Of a DNA stretch of 64,000 bases, positions 45,813 to 54,720 are shown in pieces. Source of the stretch: Bacteroidaceae bacterium (GTDB taxonomy: Bacteria > Bacteroidota > Bacteroidia > Bacteroidales > Bacteroidaceae); the NCBI GenBank assembly GCA_017615125.1, contig JAGAAS010000017.1, positions 6,008 to 70,007 on the forward strand, given 5' to 3'. How positions within the stretch are numbered: position 1 is the stretch's first letter; every line of letters starts with the position of its first letter. The translations under genes were made by a program, and so were the position numbers. The notes beneath the pieces are model-generated. The model was not told the DNA's origin and made no database searches. It saw nothing but the letters and a program-made list of their open reading frames with translations.

Positions 45813-46777
45813 TTCTTTACCTCCTTTGCAAAGCGTTTGGGTTTACATGCATTGTTGATAAGGGGCACGAAGGCATTCATGATGAGGATTGCAAACGACA
45901 TACCTTCCGGATAGTTCCCGAAAAGACGGATGCAGATAACAAGGAATCCTATCAGAACACCATAGATTAACATTCCCTTGTGAGTCATCGGCGAAGTGAC
46001 ATAATCCGTCGCCATGAAGATGGCGCCAAGCATGATACCTCCGGCGCAGAGATGCTTGAGCGAGAGCATACAGATGTCGGCAAAGGGCATTCCTCCGCGG
46101 ATAGCATAGAAAAGGACGCTGAAGCAGAAGGCGCTCACGAAGATGCTGATAGGAATATGCCAGCTGATAACCTTTGAGCAGAGGAGGATGAGGAAGCCTG
46201 CCAAAAGGAGCAAGGCACTCACCTCTCCCATCGAACCTCCGATATTACCGAAGAACAAGTCAGCAAGATTTGCATTACCCAAATCTGCAAGAGGCGTTGC
46301 TGCCGTAACGGCATCGGTATAAGCACTCATCTGATGAGGAACAGGCCACGACGTCATCTTTACCGGGAAGGAGATGAGCAGGAACACACGCCCCACGAGT
46401 GCAGGGTTGAACGGATTGTTCCCCAAGCCTCCAAACGTCATTTTTCCAACGCCGATAGCAAAGAGAGCACCCACGATGATGATGTAAAGCGGCAGGTTGC
46501 TGGGTAGGTTGAAAGCAAGCAGCAGTCCTGTTACGACAGCCGACAAGTCTGCTATCGTGTTACGCGGGTTACGAAGGATAAACTTGTTGATTACCCACTC
46601 GAAAACCACGCAGGAAACAACGGATGTTAGCGTCACCACAACAGCGCCCAGCCCGAACGAATAGAACGACCAAAGCAAGGCAGGCATCATGGCGGCGATG
46701 ACCCACCGCATGTTCCGTTTGACGCTATCTCCGCCATGAACGTGCGGCGACATGGAAACTTTTAGTTTATTTGCCAT
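45809..46777 (-). CDS. rnfD: Rnf electron transport complex subunit D
   Basis: 322 aa polytopic protein. 4-nt overlap with the rnfG start. Cluster position fits. Confidence 0.9.
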   Translation of the reverse strand: MANKLKVSMSPHVHGGDSVKRNMRWVIAAMMPALLWSFYSFGLGAVVVTLTSVVSCVVFEWVINKFILRNPRNTIADLSAVVTGLLLAFNLPSNLPLYIIIVGALFAIGVGKMTFGGLGNNPFNPALVGRVFLLISFPVKMTSWPVPHQMSAYTDAVTAATPLADLGNANLADLFFGNIGGSMGEVSALLLLAGFLILLCSKVISWHIPISIFVSAFCFSVLFYAIRGGMPFADICMLSLKHLCAGGIMLGAIFMATDYVTSPMTHKGMLIYGVLIGFLVICIRLFGNYPEGMSFAILIMNAFVPLINNACKPKRFAKEVKK

Positions 46778-46816
46778 TGGATATCTTCTGTTAGTTGATT
46801 TACGATAAAGTTACTT

Positions 46817-48163
46817 TCATTTTTTTGCAGCTCGGGCGCGGATGATTCCTCCTACGGTTCCTTTTCCCTGACGTATCCAGTCGAGCAGCGGGCGATTGCT
46901 GGGGCAGGTAAACTGGCAGCTTCCGCACTCGATGCATGTCATAATCTCGTTGACTTCGGCTTCGTCCCACATCGAGCGTTCACTCTGCTTTGCCAACAAG
47001 TAAGGTTCCAATCCCATAGGACAAGCCGACACGCACTTGGAGCAGCGGATGCAGGGCATTTCCTCCCCTCTGCCGGCTTCTTTCTCCGTCATCAGCAGGA
47101 TGCCTGAGCTGCCTTTGCAGACAGGAACTTCTGCTGTCAGCAGAGCCTTGCCCATCATGGGGCCTCCGCCGATAATCTTTCCGGTATCCTCGGGCATGCC
47201 GCCTGCACGCTCAATGAGCTGGCTCATAGGCGTGCCCATACGCGTAAGAAGGTTCATAGGATTAGCAACGCTCTTGCCTGTCACCGTTACTACGCGCTCG
47301 AAAAGCGGTTTGTTCTTCATCACAGCCTCATAAATGGCATAGGCGGTGCCTACGTTCTGGACAATAGCCCCCACATCAGCGGGCAGCGCGGGAGGATTGG
47401 GCACCTGGCGGTTAACTACCGCGTCGATGAGCTGTTTTTCGCCTCCCTGCGGATATTTCACCTTCAGCGGGCATACCTCGATGCCGGGAAAAGCTGCCGT
47501 TTTCTCCTTCATTAGGGCAATAGCGTCGGGCTTGTTGTTTTCAATAGCGATAAACGCCTTCTGCACGTTCACAGCCTTCATGATGAGCTGCACGCCTATC
47601 AGGATCTGCTCGGGCTTCTCCAGCATCAGGCTATGGTCGGCCGTAAGGTAAGGCTCGCACTCGACGGCATTGATTATGACGACGTCAACGGGAGTTCTCG
47701 GGCTCAGCTTCACGTGGCAGGGGAAGCAGGCGCCTCCCATTCCCACGATGCCGCACTCCTGTATGCGAGCCACGATTTCCTTCGGCTCGAGGGATGTTTC
47801 GCGCACAATGTCCTCACTTCTGTCGATGGATGGCTCCCATTTGTCGCCGTCCACATCTATAACGATAACGGGCTTCCGATACCCGCTGGCATCGATAGCC
47901 GTATCTATTTTCAGCACCTTGCCCGATACGGACGAGTGGATAGGAGCGGAGACGAAGCCCCCCGCGTCGGCTATCTTCGTGCCGACCTTCACCACATCAC
48001 CTTTTGCTACGCAGGGCACAGCGGGTGCTCCGATGTGCTGCGAGAGAGGAAACACGGCCTGCCTGGGCAGCTCCATCACCTCTATTTTCTTTCCTGCCGA
48101 CAGCTTATTTTCTTCGGGGTGTACACCACCAATTCTGAATGTCTTCATACGATTTAATGACAA
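46817..48163 (-). CDS. rnfC: Rnf electron transport complex subunit C
   Basis: 448 aa with two ferredoxin motifs, CIRCSKCVSACP and CIECGSCQFTCP. Confidence 0.9.
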   Translation of the reverse strand: MSLNRMKTFRIGGVHPEENKLSAGKKIEVMELPRQAVFPLSQHIGAPAVPCVAKGDVVKVGTKIADAGGFVSAPIHSSVSGKVLKIDTAIDASGYRKPVIVIDVDGDKWEPSIDRSEDIVRETSLEPKEIVARIQECGIVGMGGACFPCHVKLSPRTPVDVVIINAVECEPYLTADHSLMLEKPEQILIGVQLIMKAVNVQKAFIAIENNKPDAIALMKEKTAAFPGIEVCPLKVKYPQGGEKQLIDAVVNRQVPNPPALPADVGAIVQNVGTAYAIYEAVMKNKPLFERVVTVTGKSVANPMNLLTRMGTPMSQLIERAGGMPEDTGKIIGGGPMMGKALLTAEVPVCKGSSGILLMTEKEAGRGEEMPCIRCSKCVSACPMGLEPYLLAKQSERSMWDEAEVNEIMTCIECGSCQFTCPSNRPLLDWIRQGKGTVGGIIRARAAKK

Positions 48164-48182
48164 GTTATATCGGGGATTTGAT

Positions 48183-49160
48183 TTACGACTGAGCTTCCTG
48201 CTTGGGAGCAGCTTCTTTTACGGGAGCAACGGGAACAGGCTCGGGAGCAGGAGCCTCAACGGGAGCAGCTGCCTCCGGAGCCTTTTTCACCTCAGGTTCT
48301 GCGGGCTTGGCAGGCTCTTCGGCCTTCGGCTTGCGCGGAGGGAAGTTCATCGCCACGATGCTGTGCTGCGGGCAGGCATCCTCGCACTTGCGGCAGAGCC
48401 GGCACTTTGCAGGATCGATGTACGCGAGATTGTTCTCCAGCGTGATGGCTTCGAACTCGCACACCTTCTGGCATTTCCCGCAGCCGATGCAGGCGATGTC
48501 GCACGCCTTGCGGGCAACGGCGCCTTTTTCCTTATTGACACACAGGACGCTCATCCTGCGTCCCTTCTTGCCCATCGGACGCAGCTCGATAATCTTGCGG
48601 GGACAAGCCTTCACACATTGTCCACAGGCGGTGCACTTCGACTCATCCACCTCGGGCAGGCCTGTTTCGGGGTTCATGTGCAAGGCGCCGAACGAGCAGG
48701 CAGCCACACATTCACCCAGGCCCAGACAGCCGAAGAAGCAGCCCGTCTCACCTCCGCTCGTGGCGTTGGCAACGTGACAGTTCTTCACTCCCACATACTC
48801 TGCCGTGCGGGGACGATGGGCGCACGAGCCTTGACAGCGCACGACGGCAACCTTCTGCTCGGCATCCGTCGAAGCGAGGCCCAGGATTTCCGAAACCTTG
48901 TCCATAACGGCTTTGCCTCCCACGGGACAGGCTCTCCCGTCCAGCGAGCCTTCAGCCGATGCCTTCACGCAAGCCTCCGCAAAGCCCTGACAGCCGGGAT
49001 ATCCGCAGCCTCCGCAGTTTGCCTGCGGCAACACTTCTGCCACCTGGGCGATGCGCGGGTCTTCCTCCACAGCAAATTTCTTTGCGATAAGATAGAGCAC
49101 GGCTGCCAATATCAGGCCGAGCAATCCTAACGCAATCACAGCTACTAAGATAACATTCAT
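48183..49160 (-). CDS. rnfB: Rnf electron transport complex subunit B (polyferredoxin) with a Pro/Ala/Glu-rich tail
   Basis: 325 aa with an N-terminal TM and several CxxCxxCxxxCP clusters. The C-terminal ~55 aa are PAEPEVKKAPEAAAPVEAPAPEPVPVAP... Confidence 0.9.
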   Translation of the reverse strand: MNVILVAVIALGLLGLILAAVLYLIAKKFAVEEDPRIAQVAEVLPQANCGGCGYPGCQGFAEACVKASAEGSLDGRACPVGGKAVMDKVSEILGLASTDAEQKVAVVRCQGSCAHRPRTAEYVGVKNCHVANATSGGETGCFFGCLGLGECVAACSFGALHMNPETGLPEVDESKCTACGQCVKACPRKIIELRPMGKKGRRMSVLCVNKEKGAVARKACDIACIGCGKCQKVCEFEAITLENNLAYIDPAKCRLCRKCEDACPQHSIVAMNFPPRKPKAEEPAKPAEPEVKKAPEAAAPVEAPAPEPVPVAPVKEAAPKQEAQS

Positions 49161-49178
49161 GTGAAACTCTATTTTCAG

Positions 49179-49619
49179 TTAGTTATTTTCCATTACATCC
49201 GTGTCTTTTGCGATGCGGAACGAGAACTCCCGCTCCATTCGCTTGCGGAAGAGCCAGAGCCCCACGCCGTAGGGTACGAGCGACAGCAGGCAAGCTATTC
49301 CCGACAGGGGCTCGTTGCCTCCCGTGAGCTTGTAGCACACGCCGAACACGATGAGCATCAGCACCAGCGGAATCAGGAAAGCAACCCTCACGGCTTTCAT
49401 CCCCATCGCGACACGTCCTTCGAGCCACACGCGCTCGCCCTCCCGATAGCTGCCGGCTTCCGCATCGAACACATCCACCAGCTTCTCCTTGCTCTCGGCA
49501 GCCTTGCACAGCCCTTTGGCTCCACAGGCAGCGCAGGCTGATGCCTGAACGATACGCACCTGAAGATGCGACGGCTCAACCCGTTCGACAATACCTTCAT
49601 GCCTAATCTTTTCTGCCAT
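49179..49619 (-). CDS. rseC: RseC/MucC-family (SoxR-reducing system) protein
   Basis: 146 aa. N-terminal Cys motif ACAACGAKGLC followed by two TM helices. Directly upstream of rnfB. Confidence 0.8.
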   Translation of the reverse strand: MAEKIRHEGIVERVEPSHLQVRIVQASACAACGAKGLCKAAESKEKLVDVFDAEAGSYREGERVWLEGRVAMGMKAVRVAFLIPLVLMLIVFGVCYKLTGGNEPLSGIACLLSLVPYGVGLWLFRKRMEREFSFRIAKDTDVMENN

Positions 49620-49646
49620 GAGAACCTATTCTTCCTTTTGACTCAG

Positions 49647-49654
49647 CAAAAATA
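49647..49654 (-). promoter_or_regulatory. -7 box (TATTTTTG on minus) for the rseC-rnf operon
   Basis: Plus-strand CAAAAATA lies 28 bp upstream of the ATG at 49619. Confidence 0.5.
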
Positions 49655-49799
49655 ACAAGTATTTCTTAACAAACCAAAAAAAAACCGCAAAACGTACACA
49701 ACAATTATAAATAGGTACGCGCGCACGCACCTTCCTTTAGGAAAAGCACGTCACGCCTACCTATCGCAAGCCGGATGTTCGCACGTCGGAAACGAGTTC

Positions 49800-50474
49800 C
49801 TACCGCAGGAAATTATCTCCTACGGGCCTGTAGTGACGGGTGTTGCGCGTGCCTTCGGCAGCAAGGCGCCCTTCGGCGACAAGGCTGTTCAAGAGATCGA
49901 GAGCATAGCGACGTGAACAGCTGAACAACGCTTCTACCTCTCCGCTATGAATAGAGGAATGAGAGCTGAACCATTCGGTGAGCTTTTCTTCCACATCGGC
50001 ATCGGAGGGCGCCTGAAAAGGAGTGAGCCCCGAGTTGACAAACACGGCTTCCTTCATGGCCTTCCTCAATGAGGCGTCGGGCGTGAAGACGATGCTCTTC
50101 ACATACACGTCGTTAGCCCCATCGATGTTCTCCGACAGCCTATGCTCGCAGCGCTTGCCCTCGCTGTTCGTGTAGCTGCAAGCCAGCGAGACGCCAAACG
50201 TCCCCACGTTGTCGACACGAAGGCGGTTGCCGCTCAGAAGCGTCTTCTGCATGTAGTCGCCCAGCGCTTCCAGCACGGCTTTCACGTCGGCGGGCGTCAG
50301 CGTGCAAGTCTCGGAGATGTCCCGCGCCATCTCCGACGTACCGATAGTCTCCTGCCCGACAGGAGCAACTCGAACCACAGGATTTGAAGGGCTCTCCTGC
50401 CCCGACAAATCATTCTTAGCAACAATCTGATAAGAGATGTGCCGTTTTTTCTTACTGTTTTTGATAGTTCTCAT
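49800..50474 (-). CDS. HU-like (Bacteroidales HU_HIG-type) DNA-binding protein with a C-terminal extension
   Basis: 224 aa. The central segment MARDISETCTLTPADVKAVLEALGDYMQKTLLSGNRLRVDNVGTFGVSL has the HU/IHF pattern. The C-terminal ~70 aa look like an extra helical or winged-helix module. Confidence 0.7.
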   Translation of the reverse strand: MRTIKNSKKKRHISYQIVAKNDLSGQESPSNPVVRVAPVGQETIGTSEMARDISETCTLTPADVKAVLEALGDYMQKTLLSGNRLRVDNVGTFGVSLACSYTNSEGKRCEHRLSENIDGANDVYVKSIVFTPDASLRKAMKEAVFVNSGLTPFQAPSDADVEEKLTEWFSSHSSIHSGEVEALFSCSRRYALDLLNSLVAEGRLAAEGTRNTRHYRPVGDNFLR

Positions 50475-50506
50475 ACGATTTGTAAATGATAAAGTTATTT
50501 CATAGG

Positions 50507-50572
50507 TTTATCAACGCGTTGGGACACCTTTATCAACGCGTTGAGACACCTTTATCAACGCGTTGATAAACC
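50507..50572. promoter_or_regulatory. Three tandem 22-bp repeats, each carrying the palindrome CAACGCGTTG (operator/iteron-like)
   Basis: TTTATCAACGCGTTGGGACACC / TTTATCAACGCGTTGAGACACC / TTTATCAACGCGTTGATAAACC, in exact 22-bp phase. The third copy is a 20-bp perfect palindrome (50551-50570). They lie between a -7 box (50587-50594) and the HU-like ATG (50474). Confidence 0.75.
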
Positions 50573-50586
50573 CCCAAAGAGCAAGG

Positions 50587-50594
50587 CAAAGATA
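50587..50594 (-). promoter_or_regulatory. -7 box (TATCTTTG on minus) upstream of the HU-like gene
   Basis: Plus-strand CAAAGATA. It is 113 bp upstream of the ATG, which places the 22-bp repeats in the leader. Confidence 0.45.
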
Positions 50595-50840
50595 CGAAAT
50601 TCTTTTGCGCTTTGCAAGCGAAACGAGGAAAAAATCTGCACGGAAAAGCATCTTTTTTTCAGCCTTCTCCACAGCACTTTCTCGCTTGTTTTCCGCAAGC
50701 GGAAGAGAGCCGCAAAGTTCTTTCCGAAGCTACATATTTTAAAAAGGAGAAAGCCCTTCCCTGCTTCGCGAAGAAAAGGGGAACGGAATCAGTCCTTCAT
50801 CAAAAAGTCAGACCAGAAAAACGGCAGGAGACTTGGCAAA

Positions 50841-52382
50841 TCAGGCTCCTCCGTGCTTACGCCCACGACGACGCCTCTTCTTGGCGCCGGATGCCTGCGC
50901 GGAAGTACCGGAAGCTTGCGTGGGGGCTTCAGCAGCAGGCTTGTGGAGCTTGCCTTCCGAAGTCGCAGCATGCTTTTGCGAGGAAGCCGCATGCTCTTTG
51001 GAGGAAGCGGCATGCTTCTGAGAAGAAACGCCCTCGTGAGAACCGCGTCGGCGTCCTTTTCGGGCTCCGTCCCTTCCTCCGCGTCTTCGATGCGAGGAAG
51101 ATGACTTCGTCTTCGGCTCGTAGGCAGGAGCCTCCCCGAGGGCTTCCGGCACGGGAAGCTTCTCTACCGAATGCCCGATGAACGATTCAATCCGCGCGAA
51201 GGAGCGTTGGTCGTCGGTATTGACGAGAGTGACGGCTGTACCCGCAGCTCCCGCACGCGCCGTACGCCCGATGCGATGCACATAGTCTTCACAGTCACGC
51301 GGAACGTCGAAATTGACTACCAGCTCGATGTCGTCCACATCGATACCGCGCGAAACAATGTCGGTAGCCACGAGGATGTTCACGTGCCCGTTGCGGAAGT
51401 CACGCATCACGGCGTCCCGTTCGGGCTGGCTCAAGTCGGAGTGTATCTCCCCGATGCGGAGAGCACGCGCCTTGCGTGCTTGAGAAGCACCCTCGCCCTC
51501 TGCCGAAAGCGGGGCGTCGGCTGCATTGAGGGCGTTGCTGGATGAAGGAACATCCGGGAGGGCAGACAACGTGCGGCGAAGCGTGCGGACAATGTCCTTC
51601 ACGCGCTGCTTCTTCCCCCCGAACACGACGACTCTGCTCCACAGCCTTCCCTCCAAGCCCCCCGCGAAGAGATGCTGGAGCAGGCCTATCTTCTGGGTCT
51701 CGTGACAGACGTAGGCAAACTGGGCGATGTTGTCGGCAGGCTTGCTGACAGCCACCTTTACCTCCACAGGATTATGGAGAATGGTGTTGGCCAGCTGCTG
51801 AATCTCCTGCGGCATCGTTGCCGAGAAGAGCATCGTCTGGCGCTGCTTCGGCAGCTGGGCGACAATCTGCATGATGTCGTCGATAAAGCCCATACTGAGC
51901 ATACGGTCGGCCTCATCGAGCACGAAAAACGACACTTTGGAGAGGTCTACATTTCCCACAGCGATATGGCTGAGAAGACGTCCGGGAGTGGCTATCACCA
52001 CATCGGCTCCCAGCTCAAACCCGCGACATTCCTGCGCGTAATGGATGCCGTCGTTGCCTCCGTAGACGGCTACGCTACTCACGGGAACGAAATAGGAAAA
52101 GCCCTCCATCGCCTGATCAATCTGCTGCGCCAGCTCGCGCGTGGGCGACATGATAACGCAGTTGACGGCATCCTGCGGGTAGCCTCCCTCGGAGAGTTTG
52201 TTTAGGATGGGCAGCAGATAGGCTGCCGTCTTACCCGTGCCCGTCTGCGCGATGCCAACCAAGTCTCTCCCCTCGAGCAGGGGAGGAATGGCAAGTTCCT
52301 GAATGGGGGTGCACTCGCTGAAGTTCATAGCATCGAGCGCATCAAGTATGTTGTCGTTAAGTTGAAGTTCGTCGAAAAACAT
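50841..52382 (-). CDS. DEAD-box ATP-dependent RNA helicase (RhlE-like) with a basic repetitive tail
   Basis: 513 aa with motifs AQTGTGKT, DEAD, SAT and HRIGRTARAG. The C-terminal ~110 aa are Arg/Lys/Ser/Ala-rich. Confidence 0.9.
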   Translation of the reverse strand: MFFDELQLNDNILDALDAMNFSECTPIQELAIPPLLEGRDLVGIAQTGTGKTAAYLLPILNKLSEGGYPQDAVNCVIMSPTRELAQQIDQAMEGFSYFVPVSSVAVYGGNDGIHYAQECRGFELGADVVIATPGRLLSHIAVGNVDLSKVSFFVLDEADRMLSMGFIDDIMQIVAQLPKQRQTMLFSATMPQEIQQLANTILHNPVEVKVAVSKPADNIAQFAYVCHETQKIGLLQHLFAGGLEGRLWSRVVVFGGKKQRVKDIVRTLRRTLSALPDVPSSSNALNAADAPLSAEGEGASQARKARALRIGEIHSDLSQPERDAVMRDFRNGHVNILVATDIVSRGIDVDDIELVVNFDVPRDCEDYVHRIGRTARAGAAGTAVTLVNTDDQRSFARIESFIGHSVEKLPVPEALGEAPAYEPKTKSSSSHRRRGGRDGARKGRRRGSHEGVSSQKHAASSKEHAASSQKHAATSEGKLHKPAAEAPTQASGTSAQASGAKKRRRRGRKHGGA

Positions 52383-52388
52383 TTGATA

Positions 52389-53552
52389 TTATTTGGGCGC
52401 CTTGTAATAAAGCCAGACGCCGACGATGAGAAACAAGATGTTAGGCAGCCAAGCAGCCAGAATAGGCGGCATATTGCCGTTAATGGCAAAGGATGCCGAA
52501 ACCGTCTGGAACAGGATATAGCCGAAAATGAGCCCGATGCCTATGCCGAGATTCAGTCCCATTCCTCCCTTCACTTTTCTCGAAGAAAGGCTGACGCCGA
52601 TAAGCGTCATAATGAAGGCAGCAAAAGAGGAAGCGATGCGTTTGTGGTATTCCACCTCAAAAGCCTTGATGTTGGCAAAGCCTCGACGTCGCTGACGGTC
52701 GATATAATGCTTCAGCTCGGGGCTTGACATCGTCTCCTGCTGCATATCGGAAACCAGCAGGTCATAAGGCTGAATAGCGACAATCGTATCCCGCTCGGCG
52801 CCGGAAGTAATAACTTCAAGTGTGTCGGTAATCGTGCGAAGCTGCCAGTTTTTGGCTTTCCAGAGATAAGGATTGTCGGCATCCTGCTGATAGACAATAC
52901 TCTTAGCCGTAAAATGAGAAACAAGCGCGTTTCCTTCGAACTTGTCCAGAATGAAACGATAGCCCGTGTTGTTGGCGCGCTCAAAGCGGTCGAAATAGGC
53001 AATAACGTCCGATTCCACTTCCATTTGGATATTATGGCTGGAGTCAACGATTTGCTTCTTCTTGTATGTATTCTCGAACTGGATGCGCGTGACGTTGCCC
53101 TTAGGAATAACGTAGGCACTGAGGGCATAGGTCATGATGGCGATGAGCAGAGCCGAGAAGAGGTAGGGACGCATGATGCGGTGCATGCTGATTCCCGTTG
53201 AGTACATAGCGATAATCTCGGAGTGCTCGGCGAGCTTGGATGTGAAGAAGATGACAGCGATAAAGACGAAAAGCGCGCTGAAGAGGTTTCCGAAGTAAGG
53301 AACAAAGTTGAGGTAATAGTCGAAAATGATGGCGTGCCAAGGGGCGGAGTTCTGCACGAACTTATCTACATGCTCGTTGTAGTCAAAGATGACGGCAATA
53401 GCAAGGATTAGCGCCAACGAGAAAAAGTATGTACCCAGAAACTTTCCGATGATGTACCAGTCGATGCGTTTGAAGAAGCCGTTGCTTATATGCCCCGACG
53501 AGCGGCTTACCCGGCGCTTCACTTTTCCTACAGACTCGCGTACACTTCTCAT
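52389..53552 (-). CDS. LptF/LptG-family permease (YjgP/YjgQ)
   Basis: 387 aa. RIDWYIIGKFLGTYFF N-terminal block, TM segments at both ends and a central periplasmic domain. Confidence 0.8.
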   Translation of the reverse strand: MRSVRESVGKVKRRVSRSSGHISNGFFKRIDWYIIGKFLGTYFFSLALILAIAVIFDYNEHVDKFVQNSAPWHAIIFDYYLNFVPYFGNLFSALFVFIAVIFFTSKLAEHSEIIAMYSTGISMHRIMRPYLFSALLIAIMTYALSAYVIPKGNVTRIQFENTYKKKQIVDSSHNIQMEVESDVIAYFDRFERANNTGYRFILDKFEGNALVSHFTAKSIVYQQDADNPYLWKAKNWQLRTITDTLEVITSGAERDTIVAIQPYDLLVSDMQQETMSSPELKHYIDRQRRRGFANIKAFEVEYHKRIASSFAAFIMTLIGVSLSSRKVKGGMGLNLGIGIGLIFGYILFQTVSASFAINGNMPPILAAWLPNILFLIVGVWLYYKAPK

Positions 53553-53589
53553 AGACCTACTTTCCGATATCCGTTATCTGTTCGTTTCG

Positions 53590-54720
53590 TCAAAGGCGCT
53601 CGCTGACAGAAGCAAGCATCCGAGGTTTCCACAAGCTGAAGTCACCCGCAACGATATGGCTGCGCGCCTCTTTCACAAGCCACAGATAGAAGGCAAGGTT
53701 GTGCACCGAAGCAATCTGCATGGCCAACAGCTCTTTGGCGTGGAAGAGATGATGGAGGTAAGCCTTCGTGTAGAGCGTGTCAACCACGCTGGCTCCATCC
53801 TCCTCGATAGGACTGAAATCGTCTGCCCATTTGGCATTCTTCATATTCATGATGCCACGCTTCGTAAACAACATACCGTTGCGCCCGTTGCGAGTCGGCA
53901 TCACGCAGTCGAACATATCGACGCCACGCTCTATTCCCTCCAGGATATTCATCGGCGTGCCGACGCCCATCAGATAACGAGGTTTATCCTTTGGAAGTAT
54001 CTCGTTCACGACTTCTATCATCTCGTACATCACTTCCGTAGGCTCTCCTACCGCCAAACCTCCAATAGCATTTCCATCTGCTCCCAAGGAAGCTACCTTC
54101 TCTGCCGACTGCCGACGCAAATCCGCATACGTGCATCCCTGCACAATAGGGAATAAACTTTGCTGATAGCCATACTTCGGTTCCGTCTCGTGGAAGCGTT
54201 TCCAGCATCGGTCGAGCCAACGATGCGTCAACTCCATCGATGCTTTGGAATAGGCATAGTCGGATGTACCGGGAGCACATTCGTCAAAGGCCATCATGAT
54301 GTCTGCACCTATCGAACGCTCAATATCCATTACGCGCTCAGGCGTGAACAGATGCTTTGAGCCATCGATATGACTGCGAAACTCAACGCCTTCTTCACGC
54401 ATCTTGCGAATACCGCTCAACGAAAACACCTGAAAGCCTCCGCTGTCGGTTAGCATAGGACGATCGAATCCATTGAACCGATGAAGTCCTCCCGCTTTCT
54501 CAAGCACCTCCGTTCCTGGACGAAGGTAAAGATGATATGTATTACCCAGAATAATCTGCGCCTTTATGTCCTCCTTCAGTTCATAAAGCTGCACGGCCTT
54601 CACAGAGCCCACCGTTCCCACAGGCATGAAGATAGGAGTCTCTATCTTCCCGTGATCAGTAGTTATCAGCCCGGCGCGGGCATTCGACTTCGGATCTGTA
54701 GCCTTTAGTTCAAACGTCAT
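53590..54720 (-). CDS. tgt: tRNA-guanosine(34) transglycosylase
   Basis: 376 aa with TDSGGFQVFS and DCVMPTRNGRNG motifs. Confidence 0.95.
   Translation of the reverse strand: MTFELKATDPKSNARAGLITTDHGKIETPIFMPVGTVGSVKAVQLYELKEDIKAQIILGNTYHLYLRPGTEVLEKAGGLHRFNGFDRPMLTDSGGFQVFSLSGIRKMREEGVEFRSHIDGSKHLFTPERVMDIERSIGADIMMAFDECAPGTSDYAYSKASMELTHRWLDRCWKRFHETEPKYGYQQSLFPIVQGCTYADLRRQSAEKVASLGADGNAIGGLAVGEPTEVMYEMIEVVNEILPKDKPRYLMGVGTPMNILEGIERGVDMFDCVMPTRNGRNGMLFTKRGIMNMKNAKWADDFSPIEEDGASVVDTLYTKAYLHHLFHAKELLAMQIASVHNLAFYLWLVKEARSHIVAGDFSLWKPRMLASVSERL

Noticed and set aside
47670-49130. 486-aa plus-strand ORF across rnfC/rnfB
   Set aside because: It is antisense to two genes with clear ferredoxin motifs, and it spans their intergenic gap, which a real gene would not do here.
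50541-51181. 187-aa and 189-aa plus-strand ORFs (50541..51104 and 50612..51181)
   Set aside because: They overlap each other, start in the HU-like gene's promoter region and run antisense into the DEAD-box helicase tail. Composition is low-complexity Arg/Ser/Lys.
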